Shown here in pieces: positions 1 through 7,465 of a DNA stretch of 38,114 nucleotides. The number at the start of each line of letters is the position of its first letter. Position 1 is the stretch's first letter. The position numbers and the translations under genes are program-made. Origin of the DNA: a virus (Duplodnaviria; Caudoviricetes); the IMG/VR virus record IMGVR_UViG_3300020043_002760, positions 1 through 38,114 of that record. One strand, written 5' to 3'. Under the pieces are notes generated by a model. It was given only the letters and a program-made list of their open reading frames with translations. It made no database searches and was not told the origin of the DNA.

Positions 1-130
1 TATATGACATTTGAATGTGGATGGTAAAGCAGATGTTAATTTTATAGATATTGATCTTGTGAAAAGTAATGAAAAAAATAAATTTAATGTTAAAGAAAAG
101 AAAATTGTTAATGCTAAGGCTCAAGATATT

Positions 131-249
<119 letters not shown>

Positions 250-266
250 TGAAGATTGATTGAGGA

Positions 267-355
267 TATGGGCGGTCGAGTGTACGCGCAGTACACGCCA
301 GAGTGCGGTGTTACTCGTGACGGAGGCACCTCGGCATAATCTGCACTGCCCACCA
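267..355 (+). ncRNA. Putative tRNA-sized structured RNA element, copy 1
   Basis: Closing stem GGGCGGT (270-276)/ACTGCCC (345-351) followed by ACCA; hairpin GTGTAC/GTACAC; homologous element at 29916-30013 (-). Confidence 0.55.
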
Positions 356-372
356 CTTTAAGGAGAGAGAAG

Positions 373-570
373 ATGATGATGATGACCAGTAAAGAGAAAT
401 ATGACAGGCTTGTCGATTATTTCGGGCAGGCCATAAACGATCTACGGGATTGTCAGCAGTTCCAGGGCGATGCTTTTAAACTGGCAGTCAATTTGTTTGT
501 CAACAAAATGGAAAATGACTTGTGTCAAGTCATCTTCGCCAAAGATGCCGATGCAGGAGAGAAAAGATGA
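373..570 (+). CDS. Hypothetical phage protein
   Basis: ORF with AGGAGAG RBS; ATGA overlap with next ORF. Confidence 0.7.
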   Translation: MMMMTSKEKYDRLVDYFGQAINDLRDCQQFQGDAFKLAVNLFVNKMENDLCQVIFAKDADAGEKR

Positions 571-689
571 AGCAGATTATTATGACACTTGTTTTGCCAG
601 CTTTTATATTTCTAAACGTAGCCCTTGGTACTATCTACATTTGGAATAAGGCTGGGATGTTTACCTGCTCGGAAGAGGTGAGCAAATGA
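567..689 (+). CDS. Small single-TM protein (40 aa, MKQIIMTLVLPAFIFLNVALG...)
   Basis: Read manually; ATGA overlaps at both ends; hydrophobic segment. Confidence 0.65.
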   Translation: MKQIIMTLVLPAFIFLNVALGTIYIWNKAGMFTCSEEVSK

Positions 690-1105
690 CCACGACTCTC
701 AAAGGCTCCCTAATTTCAGGCCTGAATGAAATTGAAGGTTGGTATGAGGGCATTACCATAGATGTAGAAGACTGCGCTATTTTGAAAAATCTACACAAAA
801 ACGTCTGCTCTCTACTCACGTACTGCCGTGAGTTAAAAGACCATATCCGCGAGCAAGCAGAAGACAGTATGGAGCTTTTAGAGGAAGGCTATCATGACTA
901 TGATGGCGATTTTGACAACGAGGATTGTGATGAAGAAATACCGTATGTTCCAGAGCCGAGTGTCGTAACTACAGCAGAATTGCAATCGCTTATCCGTGGA
1001 TTAATGCGAGATACAATTATGCCAGAAGATACTAAATCACCGATAGCTGAAGCCATGGCGCATAGGCTGTCTCTTCAATTTCCAAACGGATTAAAATGGG
1101 GGTAA
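686..1105 (+). CDS. Hypothetical acidic protein
   Basis: ORF, GAGGTG RBS, translational coupling. Confidence 0.7.
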   Translation: MTTTLKGSLISGLNEIEGWYEGITIDVEDCAILKNLHKNVCSLLTYCRELKDHIREQAEDSMELLEEGYHDYDGDFDNEDCDEEIPYVPEPSVVTTAELQSLIRGLMRDTIMPEDTKSPIAEAMAHRLSLQFPNGLKWG

Positions 1106-1106
1106 A

Positions 1107-1388
1107 ATGACCACGCCAGACGAAAGACGCAGGGCAGAAAAAGCTCTGGATAAATATGAGACATCCGGACAGTTTATTCCAGCTATGGAACGATTAACCA
1201 TCCGCCAATGCTTGCAGGAACGCGATCCGGCGGGGTTAATTAAAGCTTTGGAGAAAGTCAGCGAATCCGGAAACGAATTTACACAAGCTAGACACGCAAG
1301 AGAAGCCCTCGAAGAATATCGCGGGACGAAGGAAGACACCGCCGAGCAGGACGCTATCGACAACGGACAATTCGGAGTAGGGGCATGA
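1107..1388 (+). CDS. Hypothetical protein ending QFGVGA
   Basis: ORF in tight operon. Confidence 0.7.
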   Translation: MTTPDERRRAEKALDKYETSGQFIPAMERLTIRQCLQERDPAGLIKALEKVSESGNEFTQARHAREALEEYRGTKEDTAEQDAIDNGQFGVGA

Positions 1389-1870
1389 AAGACAATAGTA
1401 CAGGGATGCCGGAGTTGAAGCCGTGTCCGTTTTGCGGAGGTAATCCTGCTTTAGTAGGGCCAAATGCAGCGGATTGCTGGTGGTATGTGACGTGTGACTG
1501 CATTGGTAGAAAAGTATTTCTATCAAGCGACGATTGGAAAGCCGTATCTCGTTGGAATAAAAGATCCGACCTTACCGCCGCTTCAGTTCAGGCGGGGGAT
1601 GTGAGGGAATTAAACTCAATTGCGTGGTGGTACGGAGAAGAAATAAAACAGAGGAAGGCATTAATTGAAAAGCACCCTGCTGCCAGCTACTGTCTGACAA
1701 TACGCTACGATGAACTGGAAACCCTCATCGCCGCCGCTTCCAGACAGCCAGAGGTGGTGACGCTGTTAGAATTTCTTGATCTGTATGCGAAGCACGATGG
1801 GAGCTATCGAGATTTCATGGATAAATACCCCAACGGCATCCGCATCGTAAGCAAGAAAGAAGGTGAGTGA
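1385..1870 (+). CDS. Lar-family (restriction alleviation) Zn-finger domain protein with C-terminal extension
   Basis: ELKPCPFCGG...VTCDC...AVSRWNKR matches the Lar_restr_allev pattern. Confidence 0.75.
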   Translation: MKDNSTGMPELKPCPFCGGNPALVGPNAADCWWYVTCDCIGRKVFLSSDDWKAVSRWNKRSDLTAASVQAGDVRELNSIAWWYGEEIKQRKALIEKHPAASYCLTIRYDELETLIAAASRQPEVVTLLEFLDLYAKHDGSYRDFMDKYPNGIRIVSKKEGE

Positions 1871-2040
1871 TGGTGCATTTTAAAGTTGGAGCACTTCCGA
1901 AAAGAGACAGTTGCGTTATTCAAATCGAGGATGATGAAGGAAACATTTTGCAAAACTTTTATCCGTCCGTTGAACAGGCAAAGCTTTTAGCAAAAGACTT
2001 GTCATTAGCTTATTCTATTTTAATAGGAGAAACACCTTGA
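1870..2040 (+). CDS. Small hypothetical protein (56 aa, MVHFKVGALP...)
   Basis: Read manually; fills the gap with start/stop overlaps on both sides. Confidence 0.6.
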   Translation: MVHFKVGALPKRDSCVIQIEDDEGNILQNFYPSVEQAKLLAKDLSLAYSILIGETP

Positions 2041-2318
2041 CCACCCACCCCGCGCAGGATGCAGACAATAAGAAGGCGGCTTTGCATGAAACGAAGATGC
2101 GCATTGAAGCTTGGAATAACGTAGAATCAAGCTCCGTAGCAAAGTATTTTGACAAAAGAAAGGCACGTGAGGAACTTGAATATCTGCGTTTGGTAGAATC
2201 CGCCCTCACCACCCCAGCCCCGCAGAGCGAGAAGATGGATGCGTTCAAAGTCGTATCCGTTCATTGCACTTGTGGGCGTGAGATAAAAGTCACCAAGGAG
2301 CCAAACAATGAACAGTAA
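2037..2318 (+). CDS. Hypothetical protein
   Basis: TTG start after AGGAG, coupled to the previous stop. Confidence 0.65.
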   Translation: MTTHPAQDADNKKAALHETKMRIEAWNNVESSSVAKYFDKRKAREELEYLRLVESALTTPAPQSEKMDAFKVVSVHCTCGREIKVTKEPNNEQ

Positions 2319-2562
2319 GGATGCGCTGGCGGCGTTGGAAAACATAGCAAAGAATTGGCTATTCGATGGTGCGTTAGAAACTAAAGAAATGGCTGACAAC
2401 TTTAAAACAATACGCCAAGCCCTAACCGCGCAGCAGACCAATGTTTCTAAGCAAGATATGCAGGACATGGTCGAAGATGTAGCGGATCGTGTAATAAAGC
2501 ACCTGAAGATCGAAGCCGCGCAGAAGGAAGACGCCGGACACATTAGATCGAGGGAGGGGTGA
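2308..2562 (+). CDS. Hypothetical protein
   Basis: AAGGAG RBS, ORF. Confidence 0.7.
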   Translation: MNSKDALAALENIAKNWLFDGALETKEMADNFKTIRQALTAQQTNVSKQDMQDMVEDVADRVIKHLKIEAAQKEDAGHIRSREG

Positions 2563-2750
2563 TGACGGAAGAAGAAATAAAACACGAGGAAACTCTTGCC
2601 AAGATAAAATCTAGAAGCGAGGCATTCAACAGAAGCCCGATTATTTTCACCTTATGGGACTGGGTGACCACGTTGATGCACGTAACTTTTTGGATTGGGT
2701 TCTGGTTTTTAATCGCTCAATGCTCATGTGAAGGATGTATAACGAAATGA
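2559..2750 (+). CDS. Small membrane protein
   Basis: GGAGG RBS; C-terminal hydrophobic helix. Confidence 0.65.
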   Translation: MMTEEEIKHEETLAKIKSRSEAFNRSPIIFTLWDWVTTLMHVTFWIGFWFLIAQCSCEGCITK

Positions 2751-2847
2751 CCCTAACCCAGCTCCGAAAGCCAATCGAACTTAAATACGGAGCTTACGAT
2801 ACCTAACCCACCGATGAACTGACCGCTTGAGCTTCTGCCAGTCGCGG

Positions 2848-3135
2848 TCATTCATCCTCGTCAAAGTCCAGCTCCGGTTGTGGGAATATAGCATCCCGTA
2901 TCTCGTCCTTTAAATCATCGAGCGTGGCGTAAGCTAATAGTAAATGATATTCAGATGCCGTGACCATGCCCCAATTACAGTCGTTATCTTCACTGATTGT
3001 TAGCATAAAGACCGAGCGCACCTTTTCATCTTTTGCGTATTTCTTCATGAGGCTCATGAATTGAGAAACGGACAAGTCCTCTTCCGTTTCAATCCGTTCC
3101 AGTGGCTTGCGGGTTTTAATGTCTACTACGGTCAT
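2848..3135 (-). CDS. Hypothetical protein
   Basis: ORF coupled to the phosphoesterase stop. Confidence 0.7.
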   Translation of the reverse strand: MTVVDIKTRKPLERIETEEDLSVSQFMSLMKKYAKDEKVRSVFMLTISEDNDCNWGMVTASEYHLLLAYATLDDLKDEIRDAIFPQPELDFDEDE

Positions 3136-4223
3136 TGAATCATCCCCGCTGGAATATAGTTTTCACCACGATAACCAAACTTTTTATGATAGGTAAACAC
3201 ACTTGCGCCTCTGCCAGAATGATACGCGCCACGCACATCATGTGACCCCTTGGGAGCAAGGCTCTGGTGCTGCTTGACCAGCATTAACTCATCCTCTTTG
3301 CTGGCTTCGTGGTGCAAGTGGCCTGTATGAATATAACTGAATTTCGTCCGTCCAAATATGTCACGGAAAAGACCTGTAAGTGCCTTAGACAAGGCCGCCA
3401 TTTTCTTTTTATGTCCGTGATGCATGAAGATAGAAGTAAATCCCCATTCAAAAGCATAATAAGGGCTGGACGAATTATCCACTGTCACCCGAGGCTCGTC
3501 TTCGTAAAGTAGCGTCATAACTTCACGAAGCCAAGCAGACGATGCGAGGTCGTGATTGCCTTCTGCCATGATAATATGCACATGCTCATGCTTTTCAAGA
3601 AGCATCCGAATGATGCGGCGCAGGACTCTTAGCGCAACCCGAACAAGCATTTGGAAACGAACGTCTGAATCCAATGGGTGTTTTGAGGTGGGAGTGACTG
3701 CATCTAATCCGTCATAGTGCAGGAAGTCGCCAAGCTGCCCTAGAATGGCAGTATGACTTGCAGGAGCCTCATGTATAGCTCGTTTAAACCAATTGACTAG
3801 GAATGCCTCCGCAAGCTCTGTATTCCATTCTGTGCCAGTTTCTTCCTTACAGGAGAATTGCCCGAGGTGATAGTCAGTTAATATGTAACACGATGCCAGA
3901 TCATCGTCTGACTTCGATACTTTTTTAACTGGAGGTTCCCTTGGTATTTTTTCCTTTAGGGCTGCTATTACTTCCAGCATCATCTGTTTCTGCCGTTCGA
4001 TATCAGCCGTAGTCTTAACCCAAGTTAGCTTGGCATTTCCTTCGTTGTCGTAAAGGGTAGATGTTCCCTTGAGTTTCTGCCCCTCTGGAATATGCATGGC
4101 GTTGACGGTGCGCCTGACGGCTTCGGAGGATATTCCTAGAGCGTTACCAGCCTTTGCAAAGCTCCCATGCTCTTTGTATGCCGCGAGTTTTTGCTCCGGC
4201 GTGATGCCCTTTTGACTGCTCAT
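3132..4223 (-). CDS. Calcineurin-like metallophosphoesterase with N-terminal HTH
   Basis: Motifs DYH, GDFLH, GNHD, HHGH, GHLHH; N-terminal HGSFAKAGNALGIS HTH-like segment. Confidence 0.85.
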   Translation of the reverse strand: MSSQKGITPEQKLAAYKEHGSFAKAGNALGISSEAVRRTVNAMHIPEGQKLKGTSTLYDNEGNAKLTWVKTTADIERQKQMMLEVIAALKEKIPREPPVKKVSKSDDDLASCYILTDYHLGQFSCKEETGTEWNTELAEAFLVNWFKRAIHEAPASHTAILGQLGDFLHYDGLDAVTPTSKHPLDSDVRFQMLVRVALRVLRRIIRMLLEKHEHVHIIMAEGNHDLASSAWLREVMTLLYEDEPRVTVDNSSSPYYAFEWGFTSIFMHHGHKKKMAALSKALTGLFRDIFGRTKFSYIHTGHLHHEASKEDELMLVKQHQSLAPKGSHDVRGAYHSGRGASVFTYHKKFGYRGENYIPAGMIQ

Positions 4224-4543
4224 ATTTTCCGCATAATGAGAAACTGCCAGTTAGAACCCTGCATGATGACACAGGCGTTTAAATCTTTATCTACGCCAAC
4301 CAGCTTCCAGCGTCCGTCTTCAGTCATAAAGTGCGAGATTGATATTCCGTTCTCCCCGTTTTCAGCCGTGGAGAAATATGCATAACCATCTTCTAGGAGC
4401 GATCTGAAGACCCCAGCAACAGTGCCGCAGTTATAGCGAGCTTCAGCAGGATAAATAAACCCAAGAAAAAAAAAGACGGCAGCAAGGATAAACACCTTAC
4501 ACACCGTCTTTAGTTTACCGAGGAGAGACACAAAAACAGGCAA
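4220..4543 (-). CDS. Putative exported protein (start uncertain)
   Basis: Hydrophobic N-terminus ending AEA (signal peptidase-like site); coupled to the next gene. Confidence 0.6.
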   Translation of the reverse strand: MPVFVSLLGKLKTVCKVFILAAVFFFLGFIYPAEARYNCGTVAGVFRSLLEDGYAYFSTAENGENGISISHFMTEDGRWKLVGVDKDLNACVIMQGSNWQFLIMRKI

Positions 4544-4620
4544 GATTAAACTCCCTGAAACCCACAGTCACTATAACACACTTCATGAAAAAAGGGTAAA
4601 TCTGTGGATAAATAATCAGC

Positions 4621-4649
4621 TTGAAACAATGCGATTGTTTTGCTATTAT
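4621..4649 (+). promoter_or_regulatory. Sigma70-type promoter TTGAAA-N17-TATTAT
   Basis: Near-consensus hexamers with 17-bp spacing, intergenic. Confidence 0.6.
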
Positions 4650-4654
4650 CGCGC

Positions 4655-4739
4655 TTCTTGAATGGTAGATATTCAAGAGTCCTTTGCACACACCCGACTT
4701 AACCCCCGTTGCCTTGCCCGAGGCGCGGGGGCTTTTTTT
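4655..4739 (+). ncRNA. Putative ~85-nt small RNA
   Basis: Promoter upstream; 5' hairpin TCTTGAAT/ATTCAAGA; ends in an intrinsic terminator; no plausible ORF inside. Confidence 0.5.
4703..4739 (+). terminator. Intrinsic terminator (possibly bidirectional)
   Basis: CCCCCG..GCCT/AGGC..CGGGGG stem followed by a T7 run. Confidence 0.75.
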
Positions 4740-4911
4740 AAAAGCTAATCCAGCAACCATTGTGCATAGTACCCAATGGGAACGTCAGGACTTTGCAGTC
4801 TTCGTCAGGATGGGGAGGATCGCGGCGGGTGAGAGATGTGAAGTCGTATTTTGCTACAATGCCGTATTCGTTTACGTGCCAGCTATGAGGTTCAGGTTTT
4901 TTGCGCTTCAT
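4738..4911 (-). CDS. Small hypothetical protein (57 aa, MKRKKPEPHSWHV...)
   Basis: Read manually; AGGGTG upstream; follows the spanin genes. Confidence 0.5.
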   Translation of the reverse strand: MKRKKPEPHSWHVNEYGIVAKYDFTSLTRRDPPHPDEDCKVLTFPLGTMHNGCWISF

Positions 4912-4938
4912 CGAAACACCCTATAAGAAGAGTGTAAC

Positions 4939-5220
4939 TTATTTTTCGGCTGCGTTCAATTGTCTGCTAAACTTTTCGAGACGACCGAGCCATTCAAAAG
5001 TATGCGGGCAGAGTAAATCTTTAGTGTCGGCTGTGATGCACACGCGCTCTAATTCGTTGGCAACTTTCTCGCCAGCATTGGGATATGGTGGGCAACTGCT
5101 GTTATAACGCGCCGGAGCGCATGAGCTTAATAAGAGCATCAGCATCAAGAGAAGCACCACTGGCAATATCCAGTTGTTTTTTACCGACTTCTTTTTGCTT
5201 CCGTAGAATTTCATTTTCAA
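4939..5220 (-). CDS. Outer-membrane lipoprotein spanin (Rz1-like), overlapping the i-spanin
   Basis: Lipobox LLSSC; Pro/Cys-rich mature part; overlaps the upstream gene in another frame. Confidence 0.7.
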   Translation of the reverse strand: MKMKFYGSKKKSVKNNWILPVVLLLMLMLLLSSCAPARYNSSCPPYPNAGEKVANELERVCITADTKDLLCPHTFEWLGRLEKFSRQLNAAEK

Positions 5221-5317
5221 GCTCCAGTGTGCTGACCTTAGCTAATAGTTTTTTACACCACCAGCCGAGGCCAGCACAACCGAGGGAGAGCGTAGCTATT
5301 GCTACGAGGGAGAACAT
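5102..5317 (-). CDS. Inner-membrane spanin (Rz-like)
   Basis: N-terminal TM plus coiled coil; position after the holin. Confidence 0.65.
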   Translation of the reverse strand: MFSLVAIATLSLGCAGLGWWCKKLLAKVSTLELENEILRKQKEVGKKQLDIASGASLDADALIKLMRSGAL

Positions 5318-5517
5318 TATTTCTTTTTCTTTTCTACAACGTCAGCATCGGAGAAGAAGAAGGCAACTGCGCCAAATAAGGCCGCACCTACAGAAACAAT
5401 CACAGCCTGAAATTCAGGCGCGAGACTTACACCCAGAGAAGTCAGCAGGACAAACAGACCCTGCCAGCTTGTCGGATACTTCATGTGATTTGCAGCTTTC
5501 AAGATTAATTCTTTCAT
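5317..5517 (-). CDS. Putative holin
   Basis: 66 aa, two hydrophobic helices, basic C-terminus, next to the endolysin. Confidence 0.7.
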   Translation of the reverse strand: MKELILKAANHMKYPTSWQGLFVLLTSLGVSLAPEFQAVIVSVGAALFGAVAFFFSDADVVEKKKK

Positions 5518-5603
5518 TTTCCATTTCCTTCAGTTTGTTAAAACGTACTTCGAGATGTGCGGCATATTGTACCGCAGATTTTGTTTCTTTGAAACCTTCG
5601 ACC

Positions 5604-6008
5604 TTATGCAACAGTGTCAACATTCTTGTAAAACTGCCTATTGAGTTCAAAGTGAGGACCGTCAAAGAAGCCCTTAAACGATCCGCCCCAGACAAGCGGT
5701 ACTTTCATATTAGCTGCAACCCCTAGGATATGACCAGCTAAAAGCGTGTAATACTTCTCGGCCCAAGTAGCCTTACCATCAACATAGCATACAACGTCAA
5801 CCGCATGGCCTGTCAGGTGGCGGCTGTTCATGGTGCGGCTTTTGCCTTCCTTGACCAGCCTTTGCTGCTCTGTAACCGTCCGTAAACCGCAAGTAATACC
5901 GAAGTCAACTGGGCTTGTTTTAATGGCTTCCAACATGACCTTACGCAGATCGTCATGAACGCCTTCCATTTTGTTGATCGACCGCTGGGAAAACTTAAAG
6001 TTACCCAT
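5604..6008 (-). CDS. Endolysin, peptidase M15 (L-Ala-D-Glu type)
   Basis: GLRT..Q, SRHLTGHAVD, WGG.F..FFDGPHFEL motifs. Confidence 0.92.
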   Translation of the reverse strand: MGNFKFSQRSINKMEGVHDDLRKVMLEAIKTSPVDFGITCGLRTVTEQQRLVKEGKSRTMNSRHLTGHAVDVVCYVDGKATWAEKYYTLLAGHILGVAANMKVPLVWGGSFKGFFDGPHFELNRQFYKNVDTVA

Positions 6009-6186
6009 TATGGCCGCCCCTCAAGTTCGTCAGGAAGTATGTTACCCCTGACCAAGCAAGGGCAAAAACAAAGGACACGCCGCCGAGAAAGCCCTTGTAA
6101 TGACCTAGATCAGTCTTCATTTCCTTGACGTCTTGCCGAAGCTCGTCAATTGCTGATTTAAGTAATTCGAAGGCTTGATTGTCCAT
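6001..6186 (-). CDS. Small coiled-coil plus TM protein (holin/antiholin-like)
   Basis: Heptad N-terminus, C-terminal TM, directly upstream of the endolysin. Confidence 0.65.
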   Translation of the reverse strand: MDNQAFELLKSAIDELRQDVKEMKTDLGHYKGFLGGVSFVFALAWSGVTYFLTNLRGGHNG

Positions 6187-6189
6187 AGC

Positions 6190-6330
6190 TCACCCCATAA
6201 CCGGAGGATAGCATTTTATTGCGTATTTTTCCAGTTCTTCCTTGCTCTGGAAGATGTGCCTAATCCAGCCGTTTTCTGTCAAAACATTGAGCTGCCATGC
6301 GCCGTTGGGGAGTGGTTCGATTGTGGTCAT
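6190..6330 (-). CDS. Small hypothetical protein (46 aa, MTTIEPLPNGAW...)
   Basis: Read manually; ATGA overlap with the upstream ORF. Confidence 0.5.
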   Translation of the reverse strand: MTTIEPLPNGAWQLNVLTENGWIRHIFQSKEELEKYAIKCYPPVMG

Positions 6331-6455
6331 CTCCTGCGCCTTCTAAACTTAATAATATATTCCGTAATAGCTTCTACGATTGCGCCGTATATACCGCGAA
6401 TAGTCCTGAAGTGCTTGGCTCCGAAGTGTCTGGCTCTAAAATGCTTAAGACCCAT
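6327..6455 (-). CDS. Small basic peptide (42 aa) with repeated (K/R)HF and poly-Arg end
   Basis: Read manually: MGLKHFRARHFGAKHFRT...KFRRRRR. Confidence 0.6.
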   Translation of the reverse strand: MGLKHFRARHFGAKHFRTIRGIYGAIVEAITEYIIKFRRRRR

Positions 6456-7302
6456 CAAGCGTTACCGCCGTACGGTTGCCATCGTCATCAACGGTTGAGA
6501 CAACCCGATCTTTTGTATCCGTGATGTCTCTAAAGGTTTCCGTACCCGTACCAGCACCGGACACCTTACCTGCCAGAACAGACGCGATGATACGGAGGAT
6601 TTCTTCTGCGGTATATCCCGGCTCGATTTCCTCCGTCCACGGGTTGCCAGCAGAACCAGCACTATTCATTTTCTCGCCCATAGTGCCAGCCGTATTGTAA
6701 GAAGCCGCCAGCGCATCCCATACCGCACGGGCAAGGTTGTCTGCACTAAACTCGGAGTCGCTCGAAGATGTACCTTCAAGATACCCGATGGCGTGCGGGT
6801 CAGCCGACGGAGCGAATGTCAGCGTTGCACTTGCGATCAGGTCAGCAATAGCCCCGATGTCAGCAGAAGGCGCAAAGCTGATTGATGCTGTGCCGACACC
6901 AGGCGCAACGGCAATGACCGTACCGTCAGGCGTGAATGTGATTGTCGCCGTACCAGAACCAGCAACAACGAGGCCACCAGTCGCGTCAAGCGTAAATGTC
7001 AGTGTGGCAGAGCCGTCACCGTTGCGACCGCCGACAAGGTTTGCTGTTTCAGAAAATTCAATATCAGTTTCAAAACGCGACGAAAGACCGCCTGCTTTAA
7101 TTGGCATCGACCACGTTGCCGGGTGACGGTATCCAGAAGGTGTGCCTGACTTGCGACTAAGTACAGCCTCGCCGTCGTATTTGTTCAGAAAAATACCAGT
7201 GGTGTAGTTCGGGCCTTTGATTTCAGAAATGGTTGCGGCGTTGCAATATCTAAATCTGCAAGGGTTCGATACTCCGTACCATCCGTTCATCGTCAGAGCC
7301 AT
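6445..7302 (-). CDS. Putative virion structural protein, Ala/Gly/Thr-rich
   Basis: Beta-repeat-like G.ATLTF units; late operon. Confidence 0.7.
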   Translation of the reverse strand: MALTMNGWYGVSNPCRFRYCNAATISEIKGPNYTTGIFLNKYDGEAVLSRKSGTPSGYRHPATWSMPIKAGGLSSRFETDIEFSETANLVGGRNGDGSATLTFTLDATGGLVVAGSGTATITFTPDGTVIAVAPGVGTASISFAPSADIGAIADLIASATLTFAPSADPHAIGYLEGTSSSDSEFSADNLARAVWDALAASYNTAGTMGEKMNSAGSAGNPWTEEIEPGYTAEEILRIIASVLAGKVSGAGTGTETFRDITDTKDRVVSTVDDDGNRTAVTLDGS

Positions 7303-7303
7303 A

Positions 7304-7465
7304 TTATAAATCCCTTATAGCTTGCGCGATTTCCTCGTTACCAAGTTCAGCGGCTTTTTCTGATGCATTTTCACGGACGAGTTCAGCAATAAGTTTTGCT
7401 AGCGTAAAACTATTGCCACGCCACTGATTGAAGTCGTTCACGATTTCAAGGATTTGTTTATCCAT
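7304..7465 (-). CDS. Small helical protein (53 aa, MDKQILEIV...)
   Basis: ATG overlapping the upstream stop. Confidence 0.6.
   Translation of the reverse strand: MDKQILEIVNDFNQWRGNSFTLAKLIAELVRENASEKAAELGNEEIAQAIRDL

Noticed and set aside
267-355. Canonical tRNA gene
   Set aside because: No TTCRA T-loop, no D-loop GG and no clear 7-nt anticodon loop; kept only as a tRNA-like element
2747-2847. attP site or integrase remnant at the convergence point; CCTAACCCA repeated at 2752 and 2802
   Set aside because: Only a 9-bp repeat and a 19-aa ORF; no integrase or arm-type sites
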